This document shows positions 20,371 to 30,475 of a stretch of 64,000 nt of DNA, piece by piece. The stretch is taken from the NCBI GenBank assembly GCA_965223005.1, contig CBDCVK010000010.1, positions 768,001-832,000 on the forward strand, given 5' to 3'. The notes under the pieces are model-generated. The model did no database searches, was not told where the DNA came from, and was given only the letters and a program-made list of their open reading frames with translations. A program made the position numbers and the translations under genes. The first letter of the stretch is position 1; every line of letters starts with the position of its first letter. The DNA is from Terriglobia bacterium. GTDB lineage: Bacteria; Acidobacteriota; Terriglobia; JAJPHL01; JAPKYU01.

Positions 20371-20582
20371 TGGGTCGCTCATTGCTGCTGGCGCTGCTGC
20401 ATTTTTACAAAAGCGTGATTTCGCCGGTGTTGCCTTCTGCGTGCAAGTTCTACCCAACCTGCTCGGAATACGCCATCCAGGCCGTTGGTCGCTACGGCAC
20501 AGCGAGGGGCAGTTGGATGTCAGCTCGGCGGCTGTGGCGATGCCGCCCGTTTCATTCCGGTGGCTATGACCCGGTCGAATAG
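20370..20582 (+). CDS. yidD: membrane protein insertion efficiency factor
   Basis: [11 protein letters not shown]...[13 protein letters not shown]. Confidence 0.95.
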   Translation: MGRSLLLALLHFYKSVISPVLPSACKFYPTCSEYAIQAVGRYGTARGSWMSARRLWRCRPFHSGGYDPVE

Positions 20583-20604
20583 GCTCCTGGGCAGTAGGCC
20601 CGGC

Positions 20605-20654
20605 TGTGGATAGCCTGCGTGGATAGGTGGTTGGGGATAGGAAGCTACGGATAG
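20605..20654 (+). repeat. four GGATAG-core direct repeats at 13/14/14-bp spacing
   Basis: TGTGGATAG, CGTGGATAG, TGGGGATAG, TACGGATAG. Confidence 0.7.
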
Positions 20655-20661
20655 GAATCTG

Positions 20662-22425
20662 ATGCCAAGTTCGAACGGCGAGTCGTCGTTGCAGTTGCGC
20701 GTATTGCTGGCGTTCGCGCTCTCTGCAGTGGTGTTGCTGTTGTTAGCCCCGCGGAACCCGCCGCCGACACGGCCGCCGACGCCACCTCCAGCGCAGCGCG
20801 CGACTCCTTCTGAATCGGCTGCTGAACCGGCGGCTCCCCCTTCTGAACCGGGGCCATCGCCGGCCTCCGAACCCGCCCCGGTTGGTCCCCCGAAGCAGGC
20901 CTCGGAGGAGAAGAAATTCGTCGTGGAGGACGATCTGTACCGAGTCGAACTCTCCAACCGCGGCGGCGTAGTCAAGAGTTGGAAGCTAAAGCACTACCAG
21001 GACGGCAGGGGTCGACCGCTGGAACTGGTGAACCAGCCGGCCGCCGACGCGTTGGGTTATCCCTTCATCGTCTGGACTGAGCAAGAGCAGGAAGAGCTGC
21101 GCCAGCAGCTGAATGACGGGCTGTTTGAGGTAAAGGCAAGTGGCCGCCGCCCGCCCGTCACGGTCACCTTCGAGTACAGCGACGGCGTCGTTTCCGCCCG
21201 TAAGGAGTTCCGCTTCCGCCGCAACAGCTACGTGGTGGAGGTGTCTTCTCAGGTCCATCAAAATGGAAACCCGGTGGAACACGAACTGGCCTGGCGCGGC
21301 AGCTTTGGCGACCATACCTTGACGGACGGCCATCTAAGTACCGGAGTGATCAGCGCGCTGCCCAGCGAGGTGCAGCGACGGCCCTACGCGGAAATCAAAG
21401 ATCCGGAAAGCAAGTCCAGCGGCGGCCCTTGGCTCTACGCCGGGATTGAAGACCGATTTTTCGCAGCGGTGTTCATGCCGTCGTCGGAAGGGAACGAGGG
21501 TGCCACGATCACTCGTCTGCGAACCTTCCGCTCCGAGTACCAGCCGGAAGGGGCAGAGGCCGCCACGGGGCAGCTCGGGGTCAGCGTCGGCGGCTCGGCC
21601 CAGAACGAGATGCGCGTGTTCGTGGGGCCCAAGGCCGTGGAGGTGCTGCAGGAAGTCTTTCCCGAACCGGGCGCCAAGCAGAGGCAAAGCCGCGGCGAGC
21701 CGGTCATGACCCTGGCGGAATTGGTGGATTACGGTTGGTTCACTTTCATTGCCAAGCCGATGTTGCTGGCCCTGAAGTGGATTTACAGCCACGTAGTTAC
21801 CAATTATGGCTGGGCCATCGTCCTGCTCACCATCGCGATCAATTTCGTGCTGTTTCCGCTCAAACTGAAAAGCATGAAGTCGGCGCTGAAGATGCAAAAG
21901 ATCGCTCCGCAGGTGAAAGCCATCCAGGAGAAATACAAGAAGCTGAAGTTCAACGATCCCAAGAAGCAGGAGATGAACAAGGAAGTCATGGATATGTACC
22001 GCAAGCATGGGGTCAACCCCATCGGTGGCTGCTTCCCGATGCTGCTCCAGATTCCCTTCTTCATCGGCTTCTATAACGTCCTGATCGTCTCCATCGAGAT
22101 GCGACATGCCCCTTGGTTTGGCTGGATTCAGGACCTTTCGGCCAAGGACCCCTATTACGTGCTGCCGATCGTGATGACGGCGACCATGTTCATCTTGCAG
22201 AAGATGACGCCGATGACGACCGCCGACCCGATGCAACGGAAGATGTTCACCCTGATGCCGCTGTTCTTCGGCGTGATGTTTCTCAGTTTCTCCAGCGGCC
22301 TGGTGCTCTACTGGCTGGTGGGCAATGTGGTCGGTATAGGACAGCAGTGGTACATCAACCGGACAGGGTTGAAGGCGGACGTCGGGCGCAAACCGGCGGC
22401 GACACGCACCGTGAAAGCCAGGTAG
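20662..22425 (+). CDS. yidC: membrane protein insertase YidC
   Basis: DYGWF, NYGWAI, GVNPIGGCFPMLLQIP, WIQDLSAKDPYY, GLVLYW. Confidence 0.97.
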   Translation: MPSSNGESSLQLRVLLAFALSAVVLLLLAPRNPPPTRPPTPPPAQRATPSESAAEPAAPPSEPGPSPASEPAPVGPPKQASEEKKFVVEDDLYRVELSNRGGVVKSWKLKHYQDGRGRPLELVNQPAADALGYPFIVWTEQEQEELRQQLNDGLFEVKASGRRPPVTVTFEYSDGVVSARKEFRFRRNSYVVEVSSQVHQNGNPVEHELAWRGSFGDHTLTDGHLSTGVISALPSEVQRRPYAEIKDPESKSSGGPWLYAGIEDRFFAAVFMPSSEGNEGATITRLRTFRSEYQPEGAEAATGQLGVSVGGSAQNEMRVFVGPKAVEVLQEVFPEPGAKQRQSRGEPVMTLAELVDYGWFTFIAKPMLLALKWIYSHVVTNYGWAIVLLTIAINFVLFPLKLKSMKSALKMQKIAPQVKAIQEKYKKLKFNDPKKQEMNKEVMDMYRKHGVNPIGGCFPMLLQIPFFIGFYNVLIVSIEMRHAPWFGWIQDLSAKDPYYVLPIVMTATMFILQKMTPMTTADPMQRKMFTLMPLFFGVMFLSFSSGLVLYWLVGNVVGIGQQWYINRTGLKADVGRKPAATRTVKAR

Positions 22426-22433
22426 AAACAGCC

Positions 22434-22979
22434 ATGAGCGAGTTCCAGTTCCAGCCGGAGCAGATCGCGGATCGAGTCCAGCCGCTGCTGGCCGCCATTG
22501 TGCAACGAATGGGGCTCGAGTTGACCTTCCAGGTGCAGCGCACAACGGGCTGGTACAACCGTCCGTTTGAAAACCCGGACTTGATGGTGAGTTTCGAGGG
22601 CCAGGACACCGGTCTGCTCATGGAGAACAAGGGTGAGCTGCTGCAGGCGCTGGAGCACGTGGTCTTCGAGGCGATCGGCCTGCCTCCCGGGTACCGGGAG
22701 CGCATCGTGTTCGACTGCAATGAGTCCCGCATGATGCGCATGGATGAGCTGCAACTGGCTGCTCAGGCGGCCGCCGACCGCGTGCGCCGCACCGGAGTGG
22801 CTCACAAGTTCAACCCCATGAGCTCCCGCGAGCGCCGGGTCATCCACATGACGCTGCGCGGCGAGGCTGAGGTGCGTACGCAAAGCGAGGGCGTGGGACC
22901 CCACCGCCATGTGGTGATTCACTCCGCAGAGCCCTCGCCGGCACGGCAGCCGCTCAGGGGCCGGCGCCCCTCGCGCTGA
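22434..22979 (+). CDS. jag: Jag/KhpB-like KH-R3H RNA-binding protein (lacks Jag_N)
   Basis: [25 protein letters not shown]; canonical position between yidC and mnmE. Confidence 0.85.
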   Translation: MSEFQFQPEQIADRVQPLLAAIVQRMGLELTFQVQRTTGWYNRPFENPDLMVSFEGQDTGLLMENKGELLQALEHVVFEAIGLPPGYRERIVFDCNESRMMRMDELQLAAQAAADRVRRTGVAHKFNPMSSRERRVIHMTLRGEAEVRTQSEGVGPHRHVVIHSAEPSPARQPLRGRRPSR

Positions 22980-23041
22980 CCGGTGCTATTCCGCCTAGCT
23001 CCTATCTGAAGCGACAGGCTTCCTGGCCTGTCTGGGTTGGC

Positions 23042-24463
23042 ATGCACACCGATGACACCATCGTGGCCATTTCTACTCCACCCGGACGTGGCGGCATCGG
23101 AGTGGTGCGCTTTTCCGGGCCGCAGGCGCTGCGGATCGTCTGCCAGTTGGTGCGCTTCAAAGGGGAAACGCAAGCGGAGCCGCAGCCGCGTCACGCCACC
23201 TTGGGTGAGCTGCTGGGGCCCGAGGGCGGGATGCCGGGCGAGGCAGTTGACCAGGTGGTGATTACCTATTTTCGCAAGCCCCATTCCTACACCGCCGAGG
23301 ATGTCGTTGAGGTGAGCTGCCACGGTGCCCCGGTCCTGCTGCGCTTCCTGCTGGAGCGCGCTACCGCACAGGGCGCCCGGCTGGCCGAGCCGGGCGAATT
23401 CACCATGCGCGCCTTCCTCAACGGCCGCCTGGACTTGGCCCAGGCCGAGGCAGTGCGCGATCTGATCGAGGCTCAGACCCTCTACCAGGCCCGCGTGGCT
23501 GCCCAGCAGATGGGCGGGGCGGTCGCCCGCCGCTTGGCCCCCGTCAAGAAGGAACTGGTGGACCTGATTTCGCTACTCGAGGCGGGGATTGATTTTGCTG
23601 AGGACGATGTCTCCGTTTTGCCTTCGCCAGAAATTCTGGAGCGCATCCGGCGCGTCCGAGCGGGCCTGGAAGCCTACGCGGAAACCTTCCGCTTCGGGCG
23701 TGTCGTGCAGGAGGGGCTGACGCTGGCCATTCTTGGCCGCCCGAACGTCGGCAAGTCCAGCCTGTTTAACCGCCTGGTTGAGCACGACCGGGCCATTGTC
23801 ACTGCCGTGCCCGGTACCACGCGCGATCTAGTGACCGAGGTGGTCAATCTGGAAGGTATCCCGGTGAAACTGGTGGATACAGCCGGCATCCGCCGCGCCC
23901 GCGACGAAGCAGAATCCATTGGTGTGAAAAAATCCTATGAGGCGCTGGCCGACTCGGATCTGGCGCTGGTGGTGCTCGACTCAAGCGCTGGCCTGGCGGC
24001 CGAAGACGACGAGCTGCTGGAGCGGAGCCGGGCCGCCGGCACCGCGCTGGTGGTTTGGAACAAGGTGGACCTGCGGCCGCCGCCGGTTGAGTTGGATCTG
24101 GGCAATCTGGAACTTATGCCAGGCGATGATGGAGCTTCCCGACCTGCAGGCCCCTGGCTGGTTTCGGCGCTCACTGGCCAGGGCGTCCCGGAACTGCGCC
24201 GCGCCATTGTCGAGGGTGCGCTGCCTGGTCTAGATGGCTCCCGCGAAACCGGCTTCCTCACCAATATCCGCCACGAGCGTCTGCTCCGCGACTCGCTGGA
24301 AGCTCTGGGCGCGGCACGCGGGGCGGTAGAGCAGAACGTGCCCCATGAAATGCTGCTGCTCGATCTTTACAACGCCCTTCGCCCTCTGGACGCCATCACC
24401 GGCCAAACCACCGTCGAAGACATCCTCGACCAAATCTTCTCCACTTTCTGTATCGGCAAATAA
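23042..24463 (+). CDS. mnmE: tRNA modification GTPase MnmE
   Basis: [43 protein letters not shown]. Confidence 0.98.
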   Translation: MHTDDTIVAISTPPGRGGIGVVRFSGPQALRIVCQLVRFKGETQAEPQPRHATLGELLGPEGGMPGEAVDQVVITYFRKPHSYTAEDVVEVSCHGAPVLLRFLLERATAQGARLAEPGEFTMRAFLNGRLDLAQAEAVRDLIEAQTLYQARVAAQQMGGAVARRLAPVKKELVDLISLLEAGIDFAEDDVSVLPSPEILERIRRVRAGLEAYAETFRFGRVVQEGLTLAILGRPNVGKSSLFNRLVEHDRAIVTAVPGTTRDLVTEVVNLEGIPVKLVDTAGIRRARDEAESIGVKKSYEALADSDLALVVLDSSAGLAAEDDELLERSRAAGTALVVWNKVDLRPPPVELDLGNLELMPGDDGASRPAGPWLVSALTGQGVPELRRAIVEGALPGLDGSRETGFLTNIRHERLLRDSLEALGAARGAVEQNVPHEMLLLDLYNALRPLDAITGQTTVEDILDQIFSTFCIGK

Positions 24464-24505
24464 GCCCATTCAAGAATGCGCGGCGGGCGAGTCGGAAATT
24501 GAGCG

Positions 24506-26125
24506 CTACTCCTTCTGGAAGAGGGAGCCGAGGCCTTTGAGGAGCTGCTCGGCGTCGGCGGGCTGCTGCTCGGCGGCTCGCTGCTTCACCAGGCCGCCCA
24601 CGTCGGGCCGGAAGATGGGCTTTTCCAGGGTGCCGGTGACGCGGAAGGGAATGGTGCCAGAGGCACCGGTGACCGCCTGAAGCAGTCCGCCCACAGCGGC
24701 TCCCTTGGCGCCCGTCAGCGTCGCCGTTCCCCGGAAGTCCAGCGGGCCGTCATCGGCGAAGCCGCCGTTGCCGGCGATCTGCAGGCCGGGAATCACCAGC
24801 AGCAGGTCGGTGAGCTTGGTGTAGCCCTTCTTGCTGGCAAACTTGGTCTTGAACTGTTCGATGACGGTGTCTTTGCCGCCGGTATCCACGCCGGCCAGGC
24901 GGATGACGCCTCCCATTTTCCCGGCGACGTTGTAGTTGGCCAGCCGCGCATTGGTGGCCTCCACATGGCCGCTTCGGGAGGGGCTTTGCAATGGTCCGCG
25001 CACCTGCATCTCGCCAGTGAGCGTGCCGCCGGTCAATGAACTGCCAGGCGGTAGCTTCACTCCCAATGCAGGCAGCAGCCGGGCAAGGTCCGCCAGGGGC
25101 GCGTTGGACAGACTGGTTTTCAGATTCGCCGTTGCCCGCCTTCCGAGCCGCACCTGGCCGGTGGTGTGAGCCACCGCCTTGCCAGTGCCCATTTGGAATT
25201 TCTGCACGCGCAACCGGTTTCGCTTGCTGTCGTACTGCAACTGGAAGCGCCCGGAGACAGGCGCCTGCGCCACGCCAGCCTTGGGACTGAGCCGCAGGCG
25301 CGCGATGCGGTACTTGCCTTCGACCTGTGCCGCCTTGCCGTCACTGGAGAAGCTGGCCTGGCCACCGAACAAGCCGGACAGGCCAGGCTGGCCGGTGAAC
25401 GGGGCCAACCCCGCCAGCTCCACATTCTCGAACTCCACCACGCCCTTCGCCGGCGATGCGGCCAGATTGTTGCGGTCCACAGGTCCGCCGCGCCCCTCCG
25501 TCTCGATGGCGGCTTTCTTGTGGCCGGGCGGGCGCACGGAAACTTTCCAGTCAAAAGGCCGCTCGGGCGAGAAGTTCGTCAGCGTGACAAAAATGCGGTC
25601 GAAGGTGACTTTGGGTTGGCGCTTTTGTAGGTCGGTTACGGTGAGCGTGCCGTTGCGAATCCGGAGTTCATCAATCTCGAGCGGCGGCGATGAGGCGGCG
25701 TCTGAGGGCTTCTTCTTTCCCTTGCGCTGACCCTCGGTCTGGCCCAGGGTGGCGAAGTTCCATTCACCTCGCCTGTTTTTCACCAAGTGCACTGTCGGTT
25801 CGTCCAACTCGACGGACGGCACTTCCAGGCGGCCGCGCAGCAGAGGGAACAGGCGCACGCGCGCCCGCATGCCCTCGGCGGTGGAAAAGGCTGTGCCGGG
25901 GAAGCCGAGCCGTTCGGCAATCTCGGGGTCGTAGAGATGCAACGCGGGCGGCAGCAGGCCCAGCCGCACTTTCCCCAGCGTCACCTTGCGGCCGAGCGCA
26001 GTTTCCAGGCGGGAGGAGATGATGCCGCGCTGGGTCTCGGCGTCAAAAAGGAAATAGGGCAGAACCAACCCCGCCAGCACCACCAGCCCAACCACAATAC
26101 CCGCAACCAACCCCAGCTTCCGCAC
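24506..26125 (-). CDS. AsmA family protein
   Basis: N-terminal TM, LGRKVTLG, GEWNFATL, IPFRVTGTLEKP; GTG at 26125 after GGGAGG. Confidence 0.85.
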   Translation of the reverse strand: MRKLGLVAGIVVGLVVLAGLVLPYFLFDAETQRGIISSRLETALGRKVTLGKVRLGLLPPALHLYDPEIAERLGFPGTAFSTAEGMRARVRLFPLLRGRLEVPSVELDEPTVHLVKNRRGEWNFATLGQTEGQRKGKKKPSDAASSPPLEIDELRIRNGTLTVTDLQKRQPKVTFDRIFVTLTNFSPERPFDWKVSVRPPGHKKAAIETEGRGGPVDRNNLAASPAKGVVEFENVELAGLAPFTGQPGLSGLFGGQASFSSDGKAAQVEGKYRIARLRLSPKAGVAQAPVSGRFQLQYDSKRNRLRVQKFQMGTGKAVAHTTGQVRLGRRATANLKTSLSNAPLADLARLLPALGVKLPPGSSLTGGTLTGEMQVRGPLQSPSRSGHVEATNARLANYNVAGKMGGVIRLAGVDTGGKDTVIEQFKTKFASKKGYTKLTDLLLVIPGLQIAGNGGFADDGPLDFRGTATLTGAKGAAVGGLLQAVTGASGTIPFRVTGTLEKPIFRPDVGGLVKQRAAEQQPADAEQLLKGLGSLFQKE

Positions 26126-26240
26126 CGCTTCCTCCCAACTGGACTTGCGAGATGCCATTGTAGACCCGTTCGCCCCCGCGATCACAATCCATTGCCGCAA
26201 TGCCCGGGCTGGCAGGATTCGGCCTAGGGACTCGACCCTT

Positions 26241-26292
26241 TCACTCAGCCCATCTCACTCAACCCCTCTTACTCAACTCCTTTTACTCAATC
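26241..26292 (+). repeat. 14-bp-period tandem repeat (TYACTCAR core x4)
   Basis: TCACTCAGCCCATC/TCACTCAACCCCTC/TTACTCAACTCCTT/TTACTCAATC; the last unit overlaps the permease stop. Confidence 0.75.
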
Positions 26293-28877
26293 AGGACCGC
26301 CTCGACGGGATCAATCCGGGCTGCCTGGCGCGCCGGGTGGAGCGCGCTCAGACAGGTGACCAGAAAAACCGCCAGCGTCGCCGCGCTCAACAAGCCAGCG
26401 GGCAGGGAGAACTGAATCGTCCAGCCGAACGACTGGCGGTTGATCACGTAGATGAGCACCAACGAAAGTACCAGGCCCAGCACCAGGCCGGCGGCCGATG
26501 CCAGCAGGCCCAGCAACCCGGATTCGAACAATACCAGGTCGCGCAGCTGGCCGCGGCTGGCGCCCAGGTAGCGCAGGATGCCGAGCTCGCGGCGTCTCTC
26601 CAGCACCAGGGCGAGCAGCGCGTTGGCGATGCCCAGGACCGCGATGCAAATGGCGATCGCCTCCAGCACCCAGGTGATGGCAAAGGTGCGATCAAAAATG
26701 CGCAACACTCTGGCTTTCAGCTCGCGGTTGGAGGTGAGGAGCAGGGCGCGCCCCGCCGTGCGCCGCGCAATTTCAGCCCGCACCTGAGCGCCATCGGCAC
26801 TCGGCGCCAGGTACACGGCCAGGCTGGTGGCTCCGGGGCCCCCGCCCCAGCGCAGCCAGTCGCGCCGGTTCATCGCCGCATAACCCTGGTCACTCGAGTA
26901 GTCGTAGTAAACGCCCTGCACCCGGAATGGTTGGTCTCCTGCGGGAGTGGGCAGCACGATCGTGTCACCCCTCCGCACGCCGTGCCGCAGCGAGAACGGT
27001 TCGCTGACGATGACGGCATCGGGTTCGGGGCGGAGCACTTCCGCCGCCGGCCGCCCGTCGAGGAACATCAGATTGCCGTAGTGGCCGAGCACTTCCCAGT
27101 CGCCGGATGCAAGAAACGCAGGCGCACCGCGGAACGTGATCTCCACCGAGCGAAACGGATCCACGGCGGCCACGCCCGGCGTCTGGCGGATGGCCTGGAC
27201 GGTTTCCGGCGCAATAGTGGCCGAGCGCAGCCGCCCGCTGCGGCTGCCCGGCGCGCGAATGAAGAGGTCGGCGCGCAGTGTCTGCTCGGTCCAAAGCTCG
27301 ACGGTGCGGCGAAAGCTGGTGACCATGATGGCCACGCTGGCCATCATGGCGATCGCAGTTGTCAGTGCCATGGCCAGCACGGAGGCGCGCCCCAGCGCAG
27401 CGCCCAGGCTGCGAGCGGCCAGCGTCCCGGTTATCGTTCCCGCTCGACCCAACAGCGTCGAGCAAATGCCGGAGTACCCGGCCATCAGCGCAGGCATCAG
27501 CAACGCGAACGCCGCTACCAGCAGCACCGCCGCGACGTAGCCAAACACCGGCCCGGCTTCGACCGCCGGCAGGCGAGCCGCGCCGTAGGCAGCCGCCAAC
27601 ACCAGCAGGCCGGCAGCGGCGCTGCGTCGCAGGCGCAGGCGCCGAGCGCGCTCGTGGGCTCCGCGGCGGAGCGCGTCGGCGGCTTCCACACGGGCAGCCT
27701 CCAGTGCGGGCCCGAGTGCCGACAGCAAAGCAAGGGTGACACCTACCGTCAGTGCGAACCCCGCCAGATGCCAGCCGAGAGCAACCGGGGCAGCAACGAC
27801 GCTCACCCACAGGGCATTTACTGTGGCGGCGACCAACTTCAGGGCCTGGCCGGCCATCAGCCACCCCAACAGAATTCCAACGACCGAGCCCGCCAAGCCG
27901 AGCAGCACGGCTTCGGCCAGAAACAGGCCCACAACGGCGGAGCGCGTGGCCCCCACTGCCCGCAACGCCCCCACTTCCGGCCGACGGCGCACTACCGAGA
28001 TCGCAATTGTGTTGTAGATAAGAAACGCCCCCACGATCAGCGAAACCAGGCTCAAGGCCGAAAGGTTCAAGCGAAAGGCGCGCAGCATCTTCTCCACCTG
28101 CTCCCCGCGCGCCTGCGGTCGTTCCAGGGAGACACCGGGTGGCAGTAACGTCGCCAGCCGAGCGCGCGTTTTCGCTAACCGTTCAGGAGGCACCACCAGG
28201 TCAATGCGATCCAGCTTGCCCTGGCGGCCGAACAGCAGCTGGCCGGCGGCGATGTCCATCACGGCGATATTGCCAGCCAGCGCCCGGCCCGGCCCCGAAT
28301 CGGCAAGGACGCCGCGCACGGTGAACTTCTGCGGTCGGTCGTTGGCCACCAGGGTCAGCTCACTGCCTGACCGGAGGTGGTGGCGAGTGGCGAACCCGCG
28401 GCCCAGCAACAGCGAATTCGGGTCGGTCAACAGCAACAGCAGGTCGCGGGTGGTGGCCCGCTCTTCAGCGGCCCCTTCGGTGGCCCCTTCGGTGACAAGA
28501 ATGTCGCGGACCGCCCGATCGGTGGCCAGGTCCACGGCCAGTATCTCCAGGGCCACGCCCGAGCGTGGCTCAACCGCGATGCCTTCCACCACCGGCGCGA
28601 TCTCGACTTCCGCCTGCTGTCCCGCAAACGCGTTGTAAACAACGGGCAGCAGTTGCTCGTTGAAGGGAACCAGAGCTGTGATGCTGAGGTTGGCCCGGCC
28701 GCTAATCTCGATGACCGACTCCTGAAAGGAGGCGACAGCGCCGCGGTTGGCCAACTGAATGGCCACCACCGCGCCGATACCCAGCGCCACCGCGACCACG
28801 CTCAGCAGGGTGCGCAGGATGTCGTTCCACAGCGGGCGGAGGATGAAGCTGCGGAAGAGTCTCAGTCTGAAGTCCAA
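26283..28877 (-). CDS. MacB/FtsX-type ABC permease (duplicated architecture, AttFG-like)
   Basis: Two FtsX signatures: RRPEVGALRAVGA and RRRELGILRYLGAS. Confidence 0.9.
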   Translation of the reverse strand: MDFRLRLFRSFILRPLWNDILRTLLSVVAVALGIGAVVAIQLANRGAVASFQESVIEISGRANLSITALVPFNEQLLPVVYNAFAGQQAEVEIAPVVEGIAVEPRSGVALEILAVDLATDRAVRDILVTEGATEGAAEERATTRDLLLLLTDPNSLLLGRGFATRHHLRSGSELTLVANDRPQKFTVRGVLADSGPGRALAGNIAVMDIAAGQLLFGRQGKLDRIDLVVPPERLAKTRARLATLLPPGVSLERPQARGEQVEKMLRAFRLNLSALSLVSLIVGAFLIYNTIAISVVRRRPEVGALRAVGATRSAVVGLFLAEAVLLGLAGSVVGILLGWLMAGQALKLVAATVNALWVSVVAAPVALGWHLAGFALTVGVTLALLSALGPALEAARVEAADALRRGAHERARRLRLRRSAAAGLLVLAAAYGAARLPAVEAGPVFGYVAAVLLVAAFALLMPALMAGYSGICSTLLGRAGTITGTLAARSLGAALGRASVLAMALTTAIAMMASVAIMVTSFRRTVELWTEQTLRADLFIRAPGSRSGRLRSATIAPETVQAIRQTPGVAAVDPFRSVEITFRGAPAFLASGDWEVLGHYGNLMFLDGRPAAEVLRPEPDAVIVSEPFSLRHGVRRGDTIVLPTPAGDQPFRVQGVYYDYSSDQGYAAMNRRDWLRWGGGPGATSLAVYLAPSADGAQVRAEIARRTAGRALLLTSNRELKARVLRIFDRTFAITWVLEAIAICIAVLGIANALLALVLERRRELGILRYLGASRGQLRDLVLFESGLLGLLASAAGLVLGLVLSLVLIYVINRQSFGWTIQFSLPAGLLSAATLAVFLVTCLSALHPARQAARIDPVEAVLIE

Positions 28878-28953
28878 AGTCCAAGGTCCAAAGTCGTAGC
28901 CGGACAGTGCGTGCGTTCCGACTCTGGACTTTGGACCTTAGGCATTGGACTTC
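28864..28953. repeat. inverted pair of heptamer tandem arrays
   Basis: (AGTCCAA/GGTCCAA)n facing (GGACTTT/GGACCTT)n; perfect 13-bp IR at 28883-28895 and 28927-28939. Confidence 0.75.
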
Positions 28954-29621
28954 TCACTCTCGATGCGTCCGTCGCGCATCAACAGCAAGCGATCGGCGAA
29001 GGCCGCGGCCTCGCGGCTGTGAGTGGCCAGGATCACGGTGACTCCCAACTCGCGGCAGGCGCGAGCCATTAGCTCCAGGACCGTCAGGGCGGTGGCGCTG
29101 TCCAGGTTGCCGGTGGGTTCGTCGGCAAGCAGCACGGCGGGCCCGTGCGCCAGAGCCCGGGCAATGGCCACCCGCTGCATCTCGCCTCCCGAGAGCTGGT
29201 GCGGATAGTCGCGCCACCGGTCCCACAACTCCACCTGTTCCAGCACCCGGCGGACGCGCCCGGCGCCATCGCGTCGCCCGTCCAGCAGCAGGGGCAACTC
29301 GACGTTCTCCTGAACGCTCAGCGTCGGCAGCAGGTTGAAGAACTGGAAGACGAAGCCTACCTGGCGGCGGCGCAAGCGGGTGAGCGCATCGTCGGACAGC
29401 GCGCGTGTGGGCTGTCCCAGGAGATGCACTTCGCCGCCGGTGGGCCGGTCCATCGCCCCGGCCAGGTTTAACAGCGTGCTCTTACCGCAGCCGCTGCGCC
29501 CCACCAGGGCGGTGAAGCTGCCGGCGGGGAACGAGGCGGTAACGTCCGACACCGCGACAACTTCGCGGCCGTTGGCGGTATACACCCGCCTCACTCCCAG
29601 CAGTTCCACCGCGTCGGCCAC
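28938..29621 (-). CDS. LolD-like ABC ATP-binding protein
   Basis: [29 protein letters not shown]. Confidence 0.95.
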   Translation of the reverse strand: MADAVELLGVRRVYTANGREVVAVSDVTASFPAGSFTALVGRSGCGKSTLLNLAGAMDRPTGGEVHLLGQPTRALSDDALTRLRRRQVGFVFQFFNLLPTLSVQENVELPLLLDGRRDGAGRVRRVLEQVELWDRWRDYPHQLSGGEMQRVAIARALAHGPAVLLADEPTGNLDSATALTVLELMARACRELGVTVILATHSREAAAFADRLLLMRDGRIESEKSNA

Positions 29622-29795
29622 AGTGCCATTCTAGTGCATTTGCCGTGAGCCCTGTCGGGAGCCTTTGCCGCAGGTGCCGATTCGAGCGTGAATCTAATCG
29701 CCTACTATTTGCATCGTACTCATTGCCTGAAAAAAACGGTGAAATTGGAAGTGGCGGGGTGGCCCGCTTCTTCACAAGACCTCAAGGAGGTCACT

Positions 29796-30287
29796 ATGAA
29801 AAAGCAAGCTCTGACGGTTCTGGCGATGGCGGCTCTCTTGGCCATGGGGTCAGTGGCCTCTCTCCGCGCAGATAGCGGCGGGGAGGTCTGGGCGGACATC
29901 CCGTTTGATTTCATAGTCGGGAATACAGCGTATTCGGCCGGCAGCTACGCTATTCAGTACACCAACCCGCAGGGTGTGTTCGTAATTCATATTGGAGAAG
30001 ATGAAAGCCGAAGCTTGCTGCTCTGGTCCAACACCGTGCCAGCCAAATCGAGAGAGGATTATTCTCCGAGGTTCATCTTCAACCGGTATGCGGATCAGTA
30101 TTTCCTCACCCAGGTCTGGGCCGGAGGAGACATCGATGGGCGCGAACTCCCGGAGCTTCAGCGGCAGCGTGAGCTGGCCAAGGAGTATTTGGCCGAGAAC
30201 GTGTCGGTGCCTCAGGTAGTCTTGGACGCTGCTCTGCGATCAGTACCCGTGGGATCAGCGAACAACCCTGCCGGAGCAGACGACTGA
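29796..30287 (+). CDS. secreted hypothetical protein
   Basis: AAGGAGG-N5-ATG; signal peptide; IPFDFIVG...AGSY...FNRYADQYFLTQVW. Confidence 0.75.
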   Translation: MKKQALTVLAMAALLAMGSVASLRADSGGEVWADIPFDFIVGNTAYSAGSYAIQYTNPQGVFVIHIGEDESRSLLLWSNTVPAKSREDYSPRFIFNRYADQYFLTQVWAGGDIDGRELPELQRQRELAKEYLAENVSVPQVVLDAALRSVPVGSANNPAGADD

Positions 30288-30475
30288 TCCTATGAGTCCC
30301 GGCGAGGGCGCATCCAAAGGCAGCGTTCCGGCATCTTACGAAGAGGTGTCCGCGGAGGGCGCAGATTGCACAGATTTTTTCGTCGCCCCTTCAACCTGTG
30401 CTATCCGCAGATACCTCCCCTTTGAGAGACTGGCTAGGCCCCACACAAGGATGGCCGCAGGAGGTGATCGCACCA

